The position numbers and the translations under genes are program-made. From Cellulomonadaceae bacterium (lineage in GTDB: Bacteria > Actinomycetota > Actinomycetes > Actinomycetales > Cellulomonadaceae): a stretch of 34,932 bases of DNA. Under the pieces are notes generated by a model, which was given only the letters and a program-made list of their open reading frames with translations, did no database searches and was not told where the DNA came from. The stretch spans positions 1 through 34,932 of the forward strand of contig JBQGOU010000001.1 of the NCBI GenBank assembly GCA_052086865.1, written 5' to 3'. Shown here piece by piece: positions 9,493 to 18,449 of this stretch; position 1 is the first letter of the stretch, and every line of letters starts with the position of its first letter.

Positions 9493-11259
9493 TCAGTCCA
9501 TCACATTCGCAGACTTCGATATTCGCCAGCCTTCGCTCTGGTTGCGGAGTCGCCAGAAGGCAGCGTAGGTGCCGTTGTGCGCGCGGAGCTCGTCGTGGGT
9601 GCCTTGCTCCACGATGCGGCCTCGGTCCATGACGATGATGCGGTCGGCGGCCACGATGGGCGCGAGCCGGTGGGTGATGAGGAGGATGGTCCGTTCTCTT
9701 CGGAGCGTCAGCAGGCTGCGCAGCACGAGGGCTTCTGTCTCGGGGTCCAGGGCACTCGTGGGTTCGTCGAGGATGAGGATCGGCGCGGGAGCGAGGAGCG
9801 CACGCGCGAGGGCGACTCGTTGCCGCTCGCCGCCGGAGAGCTGTCGCCCGCCGGCACCGACGGCGGTGTCCCAACGGTCCGGCAATGTGTCGAGAAGTGT
9901 TGTCAGCCCCGTCTTCTCGGCGATGTCGTCGAGTTCGCCATCGCTGGCCGTGCGCCGGCCGATCGCGACATTCTCCCGCAGCGTGCCCGCGAAGACCGCG
10001 CTCGCCTGGGTGACGAGGGCGATATGGGACCCGACCTGCTCGGCGTCCATCCCTCGCACGTCGAGGCCGACGACGCGGATGGTGCCGGCTGTGGGATCGA
10101 GCTGGCGGGAGAGCAGAGCGGCGAGCGTGCTCTTGCCGCTTCCGGAGCGGCCGACGACAGCGGTCAGGGAGCCCTCCTCGACCTGGAGCGTCACATCATC
10201 GAGCACCGTCGTCGTGCCGTAGGCGGCGCTCACGCCGACCGCGGTGAGGAGCGCCGACGGTGCGGCGTTTTCCGCGGGCGCGTCGACGGGGAGCGGCGGC
10301 TCCGACAGGAGTGCGTCGATCTCGTCGAGATGCGCGGTCGCCATCCGGATCGCCGCTCCGTAGGTTCCCGCCTCACCGAGGGGGCGCAGCGCGAGGAACG
10401 CGGCGACCAGCGCGGCGAGGGCGGTTGCTCCTCGATCGGCGGGTAGGCCTCCGGATGCTGCCGACCCGGCGACGACGAGGAGCACCAGGAGGAAGGCGAG
10501 TTGCACGATGGAATGGGTCGAGGCGATTGCGGGGATGACGCTGAGCACCTGGGCGCGCTCAGCGCGACGATGACGGTCGAACGCCGCGTCCAGTCGGTCT
10601 CTGCCGATGGATCCCGGCCGACCGGTGCGCAGCGTCTCCTGCCCTTGAGCGAATTCGACGATGCGGTCGGAGAGCTCGGCTTCGCTGCGATGCACGTCGC
10701 GGTCGCGCCGCGTTCCGACACGGTGGGCCAAGAGCATCGCCGCGAGGGCGAGGAGAATGCTCGGCACGGTGACGACAGCGACGAGCGGATCAAGGATCGC
10801 GGTCCCGGCGATCACCGTCACCGGCACGACGATCGCACGGATGAGCGGGGTGAGCTGGTGATTGGGCAGGCCGAGGACGGCGATCGATCCTCGGTTGAGC
10901 ACGGAGGATGCGTGCCCGCGATGGACGGCGGTGAACCAGCCGGGCGGAAGCATGGCGAGGTGTTCCGCGATACGGGGGCGGAGGGTGCCCAGCAGATCGA
11001 GGGAGACGTCGAATCCCCGTAGCGTTGAGGCGTAGCTCATCAGCCCCGCGATGATGGCGAGCAGGGCGCAGAAGACCGCCGCCATGCTTGCCGCGCTGAT
11101 GTCGCCGTGGAACAGAGCGGACAGCGCAACGGCTCCGACGACCGTGGCGATGCCGGTGCCGATCGCGGTGAGCAGCGAGGCGACGAGGTAGCGCGTCATG
11201 AGTGAGGCGCGGTCCGCCCCGAGGAGTCTGCGGAAGCGGCGGACGATGGTGATCATCAC
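9493..11259 (-). CDS. ABC half-transporter (TMD+NBD), IrtB/YbtQ-like (second pair)
   Basis: RIVEFAQGQETLR, GRSGSGKST, LSGGERQR, LILDEPTSALD, ITHRL; start overlaps the upstream stop. Confidence 0.88.
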   Translation of the reverse strand: MMITIVRRFRRLLGADRASLMTRYLVASLLTAIGTGIATVVGAVALSALFHGDISAASMAAVFCALLAIIAGLMSYASTLRGFDVSLDLLGTLRPRIAEHLAMLPPGWFTAVHRGHASSVLNRGSIAVLGLPNHQLTPLIRAIVVPVTVIAGTAILDPLVAVVTVPSILLALAAMLLAHRVGTRRDRDVHRSEAELSDRIVEFAQGQETLRTGRPGSIGRDRLDAAFDRHRRAERAQVLSVIPAIASTHSIVQLAFLLVLLVVAGSAASGGLPADRGATALAALVAAFLALRPLGEAGTYGAAIRMATAHLDEIDALLSEPPLPVDAPAENAAPSALLTAVGVSAAYGTTTVLDDVTLQVEEGSLTAVVGRSGSGKSTLAALLSRQLDPTAGTIRVVGLDVRGMDAEQVGSHIALVTQASAVFAGTLRENVAIGRRTASDGELDDIAEKTGLTTLLDTLPDRWDTAVGAGGRQLSGGERQRVALARALLAPAPILILDEPTSALDPETEALVLRSLLTLRRERTILLITHRLAPIVAADRIIVMDRGRIVEQGTHDELRAHNGTYAAFWRLRNQSEGWRISKSANVMD

Positions 11260-13022
11260 TGTTTCCCTTCGGCGGGGTCTTCTGGTCGCATGAGCTGGGC
11301 GTTCCAGAGCCTGCGGTAGGGCCCCGTCTGGGCGAGGAGCTGCTCGTGCGTGCCCTGCTGCACGATGCTGCCGGAGTCGAGCACGATGATGCTGTCGGCA
11401 TCCGCGATGGTCTCGAGGCGGTGGGAGACGACGACCGTGGTGGTCCCGGGTGCTGCAGCGAGCAGCGAGGCGAGCCCGCGCTGCACGTCATGTTCGGTCT
11501 CGACGTCCACACGGGCGGTGGGCTCGTCCAGTACGAGGACGCGGGGTGGCAGGTAGGCCACCCGGGCGATGGCCAGTCGTTGCTGCTGTCCGCCGGAGAA
11601 GGTGTGCTCCTCACCGGCTACGGTTTCGGCGGCGCGTGGCAGAGCCTGAACGAACTCCTCTGCTGAGGCCGTACGCAGTGCGGCGGCGATCAGCTCCGGG
11701 TCGGGATCGGAGGTGAGTGCGATGTTCTCGGCGATGCTTGCCCGCAGCAGGTGGCTGTGCTGACCGAGGTAGCCGATCGTAGAGCGTCGTGCATCCCGAT
11801 CGATGGCCGAGAGCGGGACATCTCCGATGTGCACGGACCCTGAGGAGGGGGCGATCAGTCCGACGATGATCCGGGCCAGCGTGGTCTTGCCCGCACCGCT
11901 GGGGCCGACGATCGCGACTTGGGCACCCTGAGCGATGCGTAGCGTGATGTGATCGAGGATCGGGGTGCCGTCACGTTCGTAGCTCACGTCGTCCAGCGTG
12001 ATGTCTGCGACCTGAGGAAAGGGCTCTGTGCCCCGCGCTTGCTCGCTGGGAGTGTCGAGGATGTCTTGGATGGCCTTGGCGGACCCGCGAGCCATCTGCA
12101 GGGAGCGGGAGTTGTCGGCGATGGCGGTCAGCGGCTGGGAGACGGAGAGGCCGAGGAGGGCGACGGGGATGAGCGCGAGCGGCGAGGTCCAGCCCGCGGC
12201 GACGAATGCCGTGCCGGAGCCGATCACGATGGCCAGGAGAGTGACCGGGGAGACGAGTTGCGCCTGCAGCGTCTCGGGTCGGATGAGTGGCTTGGCCCAG
12301 CTGAGGAAGTAGTCGACGAACCGGGTGTCAGCTCGCCGCAGGCGGGTGGTGAGCGCTCCGGCGCGGCCGAAGGAGCGCAGCAGCGGCACGGTGTCGAGGA
12401 ACTCGGTGATCTCGATGCCGAGCGCCGCGGTTGCCGCACCGTAGCCTGGCATCTTCTCGGCGTTGACGGCCGACATACGCCGCCCGAGGAGCACGGCCGC
12501 TACGACGGGAACCGCCAGCACCAGCAAGAGCCGAACGTCGATGACAGCGATCGCTGCGGCGGCGAATCCGGGAGCAGCGATCGCTGCGGTGAGGTCGGTG
12601 TAGGAGTGCGCGACGAGATGGTGCATCTTCGTGACGTCGTCGGCGACCACTGTGCGGATGCCGCCCGCGGGGTGATCCTGGAACCACGAGAAGGGTGCGC
12701 GCTCCAGCGCGTCGGCGAGGCGGTGGCGGATGCCGTGGGCGAGGTCGGCGTCCGCCTGATGGGTGAGCACATCGGCGAGGATTCACAGAGCGACCCCGCC
12801 GAGCAGTCCCAGCGCGATGCCCACGAGCCATCCCCACGGCGCAGCCGACGTGACGAGCAGGGCATCGGCGAGTCCTGCGACGGCGAGGAGGCCAGCGGTG
12901 GTGCACGCGCAGGAGAGCGCCGTGAGCGCGATGGCGGCTCGGACGCGCCAGCGGACGGGGCGGATCAGCTGTGCGACCTCCGCGGGCTGTGGTCGGAGGC
13001 GGGGCTGTTGCGTCGCGTTCAT
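11256..13022 (-). pseudogene. IrtA/YbtP-like ABC half-transporter interrupted by an in-frame TGA at 12783-12785
   Basis: ORFs 12783-13022 and 11256-12770 are in the same frame: GGC GGG GTC GCT CTG TGA ATC CTC GCC GAT GTG CTC ACC CAT (GGVAL*ILADVLTH). The downstream part has DVTKMHHLVAH, GPSGAGKTT, FSGGQQQR, VLVLDEPT. Confidence 0.8.
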
Positions 13023-13819
13023 CGTTCGTCTCCTCCCACGCGCGGGACGACCATCGGCGTGCCCGTGACCGGGTCGGGCACGATGAGCGCGTCGAGGCCG
13101 AAGGCGTTCTGCACCGTCTCAGTGGTGAGCACCGTGTCGGGGGTGCCCTGGGCGGCGATCCGCCCCTGGTCGAGGGCGACGATGTGGGTAGCGTATCGGG
13201 CGGCCTGGTTGAGGTCGTGGAGTACGAGCACGAGGGTGCGTCCGGTGTCGCGGTTGAGTCGTCGGCAGAGTTCGAGGAGTTCGTACTGATGGGCGATGTC
13301 GAGGAAGGTCGTGGGTTCGTCGAGCAGCATGAGGGGGGTGTCCTGGGCGAGCACCATCGCGATGAACGCGCGCTGGCGCTGCCCGCCGGAGAGTGAGCCC
13401 ACGGGGTGGTCGGCCGCCTCGGTGAGGCTCGTCTCGGCCAAGGCGAGGGCAACCCTCTCATCGTCCTCGCCACTCCAACGCTGGAAGGTGCCGCGGTGCG
13501 GATGGCGGCCCCGGCGCACGAGATCGCGGACGGTGATCCCGTCCGGCAGCAAGGGTTGTTGCGGCAGCACTGCGAGACGCTGCGCGGCTTGTTTCGTGGG
13601 CCACTCCTGGAGGTCCGTGCCATCGAGGAGCACACGTCCTGAACTCGGTCGGAGCACGCGTGCGAGCCCGCCCAGCAGAGTCGACTTGCCGCAGCCGTTG
13701 GGACCGATGAGCACGGTGACGGAGCCTGCGGGGATCTCCAGATCGAGGTCCTCGATGATCGGGCGTCCGCCATAGCCGAGTGTCACTCGTTCGGCGATCA
13801 GTGGGGCGGGATCATTCAT
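13019..13819 (-). CDS. Iron-siderophore ABC ATPase (FepC/FhuC-like)
   Basis: Start at ATG 13819 (MNDPAPLIAERVTLGY). GPNGCGKST, LSGGQRQR, LLDEPTTFLDIAHQ, VLHDLNQAARYA. Confidence 0.93.
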   Translation of the reverse strand: MNDPAPLIAERVTLGYGGRPIIEDLDLEIPAGSVTVLIGPNGCGKSTLLGGLARVLRPSSGRVLLDGTDLQEWPTKQAAQRLAVLPQQPLLPDGITVRDLVRRGRHPHRGTFQRWSGEDDERVALALAETSLTEAADHPVGSLSGGQRQRAFIAMVLAQDTPLMLLDEPTTFLDIAHQYELLELCRRLNRDTGRTLVLVLHDLNQAARYATHIVALDQGRIAAQGTPDTVLTTETVQNAFGLDALIVPDPVTGTPMVVPRVGGDER

Positions 13820-14808
13820 GCTTTCTTCCTGGTTTCCGAGATCAGCAGCCATACGAGGTAGACACCGCCGACGCAGACCGTGAGCACGCCGACAGGCAGT
13901 TGAATGCCGGGGATGGCATGCATTGCGATGAGGTCCGAGGCCAGCAGCACGACCGACCCCGTGAGCATCACGGTCAGCGGCCGGGTCTGCCCCGCGCCGG
14001 TGATCCGGCGGGCGATCTGCGGTGCGGCGAGGGCGACGAAGGCGATGGGCCCGGTCACCGCGGTGGCCAGGGCCACGAGCACGACCCCACCGAGGACCAT
14101 GCCCCACCGCAGGCGTTCGAGCGCGACTCCTGTGCCGATGGCGAGAGTGTCACCGAGCTCGAACTGGTGCATCGACCGGGTCATCGGCAGCACTGCGGCT
14201 ATCGCAACGATGAGCAGCACTGCGGTCGGCGCTGCCTGCTCCCATCGCAGGCCGCTGAGCGAGCCGATGCCCCAGACACTGGCGGCACGGGCGACTTCCA
14301 CTCGGGCGGTGAGCAGAAGGTAGCCGTTGAGCGAGGTGAGCAGAGCGCTGATCCCGATGCCGACGATCACGAGGCGGAATCCATCGAGCCCACCTCGGTA
14401 GGCGAGCAGGGTGACGATGATCGCGGTGATCAGGCCGCCCCCGACCGCGCCGGCCGCGAGAGCAGCGTATCCGCCGCCGAAGAACAGCAGCGACATCAGC
14501 GCCCCCGTGTAGGCGCCGGTGGAGAAGCCGATGACGTCTGGGCTTCCGAGCGGGTTGCGCGTCAGCGTCTGGAAGATCGCGCCGGCGAGGGCGAGCGCTG
14601 CACCGATGATGATCGCGCACAGGGTTTGCGGGAGTCGCCAGCTCACGAGCACGAGTCGTTTGAGGCCGGTCTCCTGGCCGGTGAGGACGGCGATCATGTC
14701 GGCCATGGTGACCTGCACATCGCCGAGGGAGAGCGCGGCGAGGAACAGGATCACGAGCGTGGCGATCATGATGGGTAAGACCCACTGCGCAGAGCGTCGG
14801 GTGATCAT
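13816..14808 (-). CDS. FecCD-family permease (FepG-like)
   Basis: Start at ATG 14808. WRLPQTL, FQTLTRNPLGSPDVIG, GPIAFVALAAPQIARR. Confidence 0.92.
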   Translation of the reverse strand: MITRRSAQWVLPIMIATLVILFLAALSLGDVQVTMADMIAVLTGQETGLKRLVLVSWRLPQTLCAIIIGAALALAGAIFQTLTRNPLGSPDVIGFSTGAYTGALMSLLFFGGGYAALAAGAVGGGLITAIIVTLLAYRGGLDGFRLVIVGIGISALLTSLNGYLLLTARVEVARAASVWGIGSLSGLRWEQAAPTAVLLIVAIAAVLPMTRSMHQFELGDTLAIGTGVALERLRWGMVLGGVVLVALATAVTGPIAFVALAAPQIARRITGAGQTRPLTVMLTGSVVLLASDLIAMHAIPGIQLPVGVLTVCVGGVYLVWLLISETRKKA

Positions 14809-15794
14809 CGCGGGGCCCCGATCATCCGGCGCGCAAGCACGATGAGCAACGGTGCGCCGATCGCCGCGGTCACGAGGCCCACCGGGACTTCCCCTGACGG
14901 CAGGACGACGCGGGCGAGAATGTCGGCGGCGAGGAAGATGGCCGGGCCGATCACGATGGCGCCGGCGACGCTCCCGCCGAGTGAGGGGCCGACGAGCCGA
15001 CGCGCAATATGCGCGACAACAAGTCCGAAGAAGAGGATCGGGCCCGCCGCGGCCGTCGCGGCGCCGGCGAGCACAGCGACGGCGAGGATCGCGAGAGCGT
15101 TCGTGCGGCGGACATTCACACCGAGAGAGACCGCTGTCGTATCGCCGGACGAGAGCATCCCCAGCCCTCGCAGCGAGAGGAGTGCGACGAGGAGTCCGGC
15201 CGCGACAAGCGGCGCGGTGACCGTCACCACGGAGAGATCGGTGGTGGCGATGGATCCGGTGTTCCAGTCCCGCAGCCGCGCGAAGGCCGTCGGGAACACG
15301 ATGGTCAGAGCAGTCGTGGCTCCGCTGAGCACTGCGCCCAGGGCGACACCCGTGAGGGTGAGCCGCACCACGGCGGTGCCCTGTGCTCCGGCCGTGCCGA
15401 TGAGGAACACGGTCGTCATCAGGACTCCCGCGCCGAGCAGCGCCCACCATACGAAGCTCGCAGGCGCCGCGGTCCCGGCGACCGTGATGGCGACGGCGAC
15501 CGCGAAGGCCGCCCCGGCGTTCACACCGAGCACTCCGGGGTCGCCGAGGGGGTTGCGGGTGACGGCCTGCGCGATGCAGCCGGCGACGCCGAACGCGCAG
15601 CCGGCGAGGATCGCCACCAGGGTGCGCGGCAGGCGCAGCTCTGCGACGATGACGTGCGACGCGGAACCGTCGAAGGCGAGCAGCGCAGGCAGCACATCGG
15701 CAGGGCCGGCCTTCCCGGCACCGATGCACAGACTCGCCCCGGCGAGCAGGACGACGATCAGCGCCGTAGCGGCCACGGTCAACGGTCGTCGCAC
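14805..15794 (-). CDS. FecCD-family permease (FepD-like)
   Basis: GTG at 15794 after RBS GAGGAG. ELRLPRTL, QAVTRNPLGDPGVLGVNAGA, GEVPVGLVTAAIGAP. Confidence 0.92.
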   Translation of the reverse strand: MRRPLTVAATALIVVLLAGASLCIGAGKAGPADVLPALLAFDGSASHVIVAELRLPRTLVAILAGCAFGVAGCIAQAVTRNPLGDPGVLGVNAGAAFAVAVAITVAGTAAPASFVWWALLGAGVLMTTVFLIGTAGAQGTAVVRLTLTGVALGAVLSGATTALTIVFPTAFARLRDWNTGSIATTDLSVVTVTAPLVAAGLLVALLSLRGLGMLSSGDTTAVSLGVNVRRTNALAILAVAVLAGAATAAAGPILFFGLVVAHIARRLVGPSLGGSVAGAIVIGPAIFLAADILARVVLPSGEVPVGLVTAAIGAPLLIVLARRMIGAPR

Positions 15795-15832
15795 ATCATC
15801 TCCTCGGGTCGGGTGGTCTCGGGCAAGGCGAT

Positions 15833-15866
15833 GATGTCGCCAGGCGCGAGTGCGCCGGGCGACATC
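15833..15866 (-). other. Intergenic stem-loop between the binding-protein and permease genes
   Basis: GATGTCGCCAGGCGC-GAGT-GCGCCGGGCGACATC: 15-bp stem with one mismatch and no U-tract. Confidence 0.6.
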
Positions 15867-15876
15867 GTGGCCCGGC

Positions 15877-16902
15877 TCAGGAGCCGATCGCGGCCTGCAG
15901 GGCGTCCCACCGCTCGATGGCGTCGTCGATGCTGCCCAGGGGTGCAGAAGTACCGCTCGTGAGGATGGTCTCGATGTCGTCCAGCACCCACCACGTGCCG
16001 AGAGCGAAGTTCGCCGACCACAGCTCGCCATTGGCGAGGAACACGCGATCGTTCTGTGCCGCGGAGAGCGTCGAGAAGGTCGGCAGCGCCTGGACGGCAG
16101 CGGCGTTGTAGATCGAGCCGTCCATCAGCACGACCGTGTCGGCGTCATGCTCGGGCAGTTCCTCCGCCGAGAACATCACAGCGGTCGTCGACGCACCTGA
16201 GGGAACACCATCGACCTCGACCTGTGGGCGCGTGAACCCGACGGCTTCGAGGGTGAGCGACATCGGGTTGATCATCGCCGGGGAGTAGTAGATGTCCTGG
16301 AACGACCCGAGCACGGAGATCGAGCCGGCATCGCTGCCTGCTTCGGCGGTCACGGCATCGAGCTTCTTCTGCAGCGCGGTGGCGACGGCATCCGCCTGCT
16401 CCTCGCGCTGGAACGCCTGCCCGGTGAGCTCGAGCATCTCCTGCCACGGCTTCTCGTAGGGCAGCACGATCGTCGGGGCGATCTCGCTGAAGCTCGGGTA
16501 GGTCTCCTCGATCGTCGCACCCGGGGTCGTGAGCACGATGAGATCGGGCTCCTCGGCGGCGATCGCCTCGAAGTCCGGCTCCAGGATCATCGTCGGCGCA
16601 GCGATGAGCTCGACGCCCTCCTCTTCGAGGATGACCGCGCCCACCTCACTGCTGAGCCCACCGAACACGACGTCCGGAACCACACCGATCTCCATCATGT
16701 TCAGCGCCGCATATTCATCGAGCACCACGATCTTCTTCGGGTCGACAGGGACGTTCTCCGTCGTGCCCGCCTCGTGGGTGACCGAATAGGTGTCGGCGGA
16801 GGGCTCGGCGGTCTCCGAGGAGTCGGGGCCGGCTGAACAGCCCGCGAGGAGGAGGGCTGAGAGGCCGGCGGCAGCGAGGAGCTGTGGTGAACGGAGGCGC
16901 AT
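15877..16902 (-). CDS. Metal-siderophore ABC substrate-binding lipoprotein (copy 1)
   Basis: Lipobox LAGC; VTHEAG...PKKIVVLD; EPDFEAIAAEEPDLI; SEIAPTIVL (periplasmic binding protein 2 / FhuD-like). Confidence 0.9.
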   Translation of the reverse strand: MRLRSPQLLAAAGLSALLLAGCSAGPDSSETAEPSADTYSVTHEAGTTENVPVDPKKIVVLDEYAALNMMEIGVVPDVVFGGLSSEVGAVILEEEGVELIAAPTMILEPDFEAIAAEEPDLIVLTTPGATIEETYPSFSEIAPTIVLPYEKPWQEMLELTGQAFQREEQADAVATALQKKLDAVTAEAGSDAGSISVLGSFQDIYYSPAMINPMSLTLEAVGFTRPQVEVDGVPSGASTTAVMFSAEELPEHDADTVVLMDGSIYNAAAVQALPTFSTLSAAQNDRVFLANGELWSANFALGTWWVLDDIETILTSGTSAPLGSIDDAIERWDALQAAIGS

Positions 16903-16953
16903 GATGCTGTGGAACCCTTCTGAGAAGCCGACTTATGAGTCGCGCATATCGAA

Positions 16954-16977
16954 ATAGCTTAGGCCTACCTTACCTAA
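16954..16977. promoter_or_regulatory. IdeR/DtxR iron box (two staggered matches)
   Basis: ATAGCTTAGGCCTACCTTA (16954-16972; 16/19) and TTAGGCCTACCTTACCTAA (16959-16977; 15/19) versus TWAGGTWAGSCTWACCTWA, upstream of SBP copy 1. Confidence 0.75.
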
Positions 16978-17010
16978 CATTCGATCTCTGCATGTCGCTA
17001 GCCGGGCGGA

Positions 17011-18024
17011 TCACCCAATCGCGGCTCGGAGCGCGCGCCAGCGATCGACGGCGTCATCGATAGTTCCCAGACCCGTCTCTCCAGCGAGGATCGTCTCGAG
17101 ATCATCCAGTAGCCACCATGTGCCCAACGCGAAGTTTCCGGACCACAGCTCGCCATTGGCTACATACGCTCTCCCTTCCCTGACTGCCGTGAGCGAGTTG
17201 AAGGTCGGCAGCGCCTGAACGGCCTCAGCGTTGTACACAGAGCCAGAAAGCACCACTACCGCATCAGCCTCGTGCTCCGGCAGTTCCTCCGGGCTCCACG
17301 GCACAGTGGAAGTGGAGAAACCCGAGGCTTCCGCCTCTCCCTCGACCGGCGGTCGCGTGAAGCCAACCTGCTGCAGTGTCACCGAGAGAGGATTGGTGAT
17401 GACCGGGGAGTAATAGAAGTCCTGGAAAGCGGCGAGAACGGCCATGCTTCCACGGGTGCCGGGGATCGCCAGCACGTCATCGAGGCGTTGCTGCAACGCA
17501 GCGCGGGTCACCTCCGCCTCCGCCTCACGATGGAACGTCTCACCGACGACCTGCAGCATCTCCTGCCACGGCTTCTCGTATGGCAGTACGATCGTCGGCG
17601 CAATCTCGCTGAAGCTCGGATAACTCTCCGCGATCGACTCTCCTGGATCGGTCAGGACGATCAAGTCAGGTTCCTGCGCAGCGACAGCCTCGAAGTCCGG
17701 CTCGAGGATCATCGTCGGCGCCGCAATGAGGTTCACCCCCTCCTCCTTGAGAACGACGGCACCCACCTCGCTGCTGAGCCCACCAAAGACGACATCCGGA
17801 ACCACACCGACGTCCAGCATGTTCAATGCCGCGTACTCGTCGAGCACCACAATCCTCTGTGGATGCACCGGCACGTCCGTCGTCGCCCCCGCCTCATGGG
17901 CGACGCTGTAGGTGTCGTTGGACAACTTCTCCGACTCAGGCGCGACCGCACACGACGAAAGCAGTGAACCTGCTACTCCCGCGCCCACCGCAGCCGCGAC
18001 CACCCTTAACCGAACAGCCTTCAT
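17011..18024 (-). CDS. Metal-siderophore ABC substrate-binding lipoprotein (copy 2)
   Basis: Lipobox LSSC; shares long identical blocks with copy 1 (GVVPDVVFGGLSSEVGAV, LIAAPTMILEPDFEA, YPSFSEIAPTIVLPYEKPWQEML). Confidence 0.9.
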   Translation of the reverse strand: MKAVRLRVVAAAVGAGVAGSLLSSCAVAPESEKLSNDTYSVAHEAGATTDVPVHPQRIVVLDEYAALNMLDVGVVPDVVFGGLSSEVGAVVLKEEGVNLIAAPTMILEPDFEAVAAQEPDLIVLTDPGESIAESYPSFSEIAPTIVLPYEKPWQEMLQVVGETFHREAEAEVTRAALQQRLDDVLAIPGTRGSMAVLAAFQDFYYSPVITNPLSVTLQQVGFTRPPVEGEAEASGFSTSTVPWSPEELPEHEADAVVVLSGSVYNAEAVQALPTFNSLTAVREGRAYVANGELWSGNFALGTWWLLDDLETILAGETGLGTIDDAVDRWRALRAAIG

Positions 18025-18042
18025 TACTCAGCTCCGCACTAT

Positions 18043-18057
18043 CGAGAACGATTATCA
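18043..18057. promoter_or_regulatory. Zur/Fur-family-like 7-1-7 operator
   Basis: CGAGAAC-G-ATTATCA (minus strand TGATAATCGTTCTCG), 18 bp upstream of the SBP copy 2 start and just downstream of a minus-strand -10-like TATAGT (18063-18068). Confidence 0.6.
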
Positions 18058-18449
18058 CTATTACTATAGGCGCATCTCATAAGCGTGTCGTGCGGTCCAG
18101 ACGGCTGCGGCCATTCCATGCTCATGTCACGGTGCGCTGACACGGAACGCGCTCAACGGCCGCGAGCTGTCCATCACACCGGAGAGTTCCGGAGCAGGTG
18201 AAGATCGCCCACGCCGCTACTCGTCTCCTCCGCTCACGAACAAGACAGCACGCAGGGCTACCCGCGGAGGTGAAATCACAACCAAGCAGCATGCAGCGGG
18301 TGCCACCCCTGCTCGCGGTTATGGACCAGGCGCATGCCGTCGCTTCTCCGAAGAGCGCTGTCGGCATGAAACTCTGTGCGGCATGCGTCGCAAGGGACAC
18401 CGCCGTCTTCGGCGTAGTCAGCGGAAGAGTCGTCGCGTACCTGAGGGGT

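Noticed and set aside
12783-12785. TGA as a selenocysteine codon
   Set aside because: It lies in a membrane region of an ABC transporter where Arg or Trp is more plausible; no redox Cys context and no SECIS recognised.
18198-18449. 84-aa N-terminal extension of the relaxase in the ORF track
   Set aside because: MobF domains begin just before the first catalytic Tyr; GTG 18450 fits better and the extension has no recognisable features.
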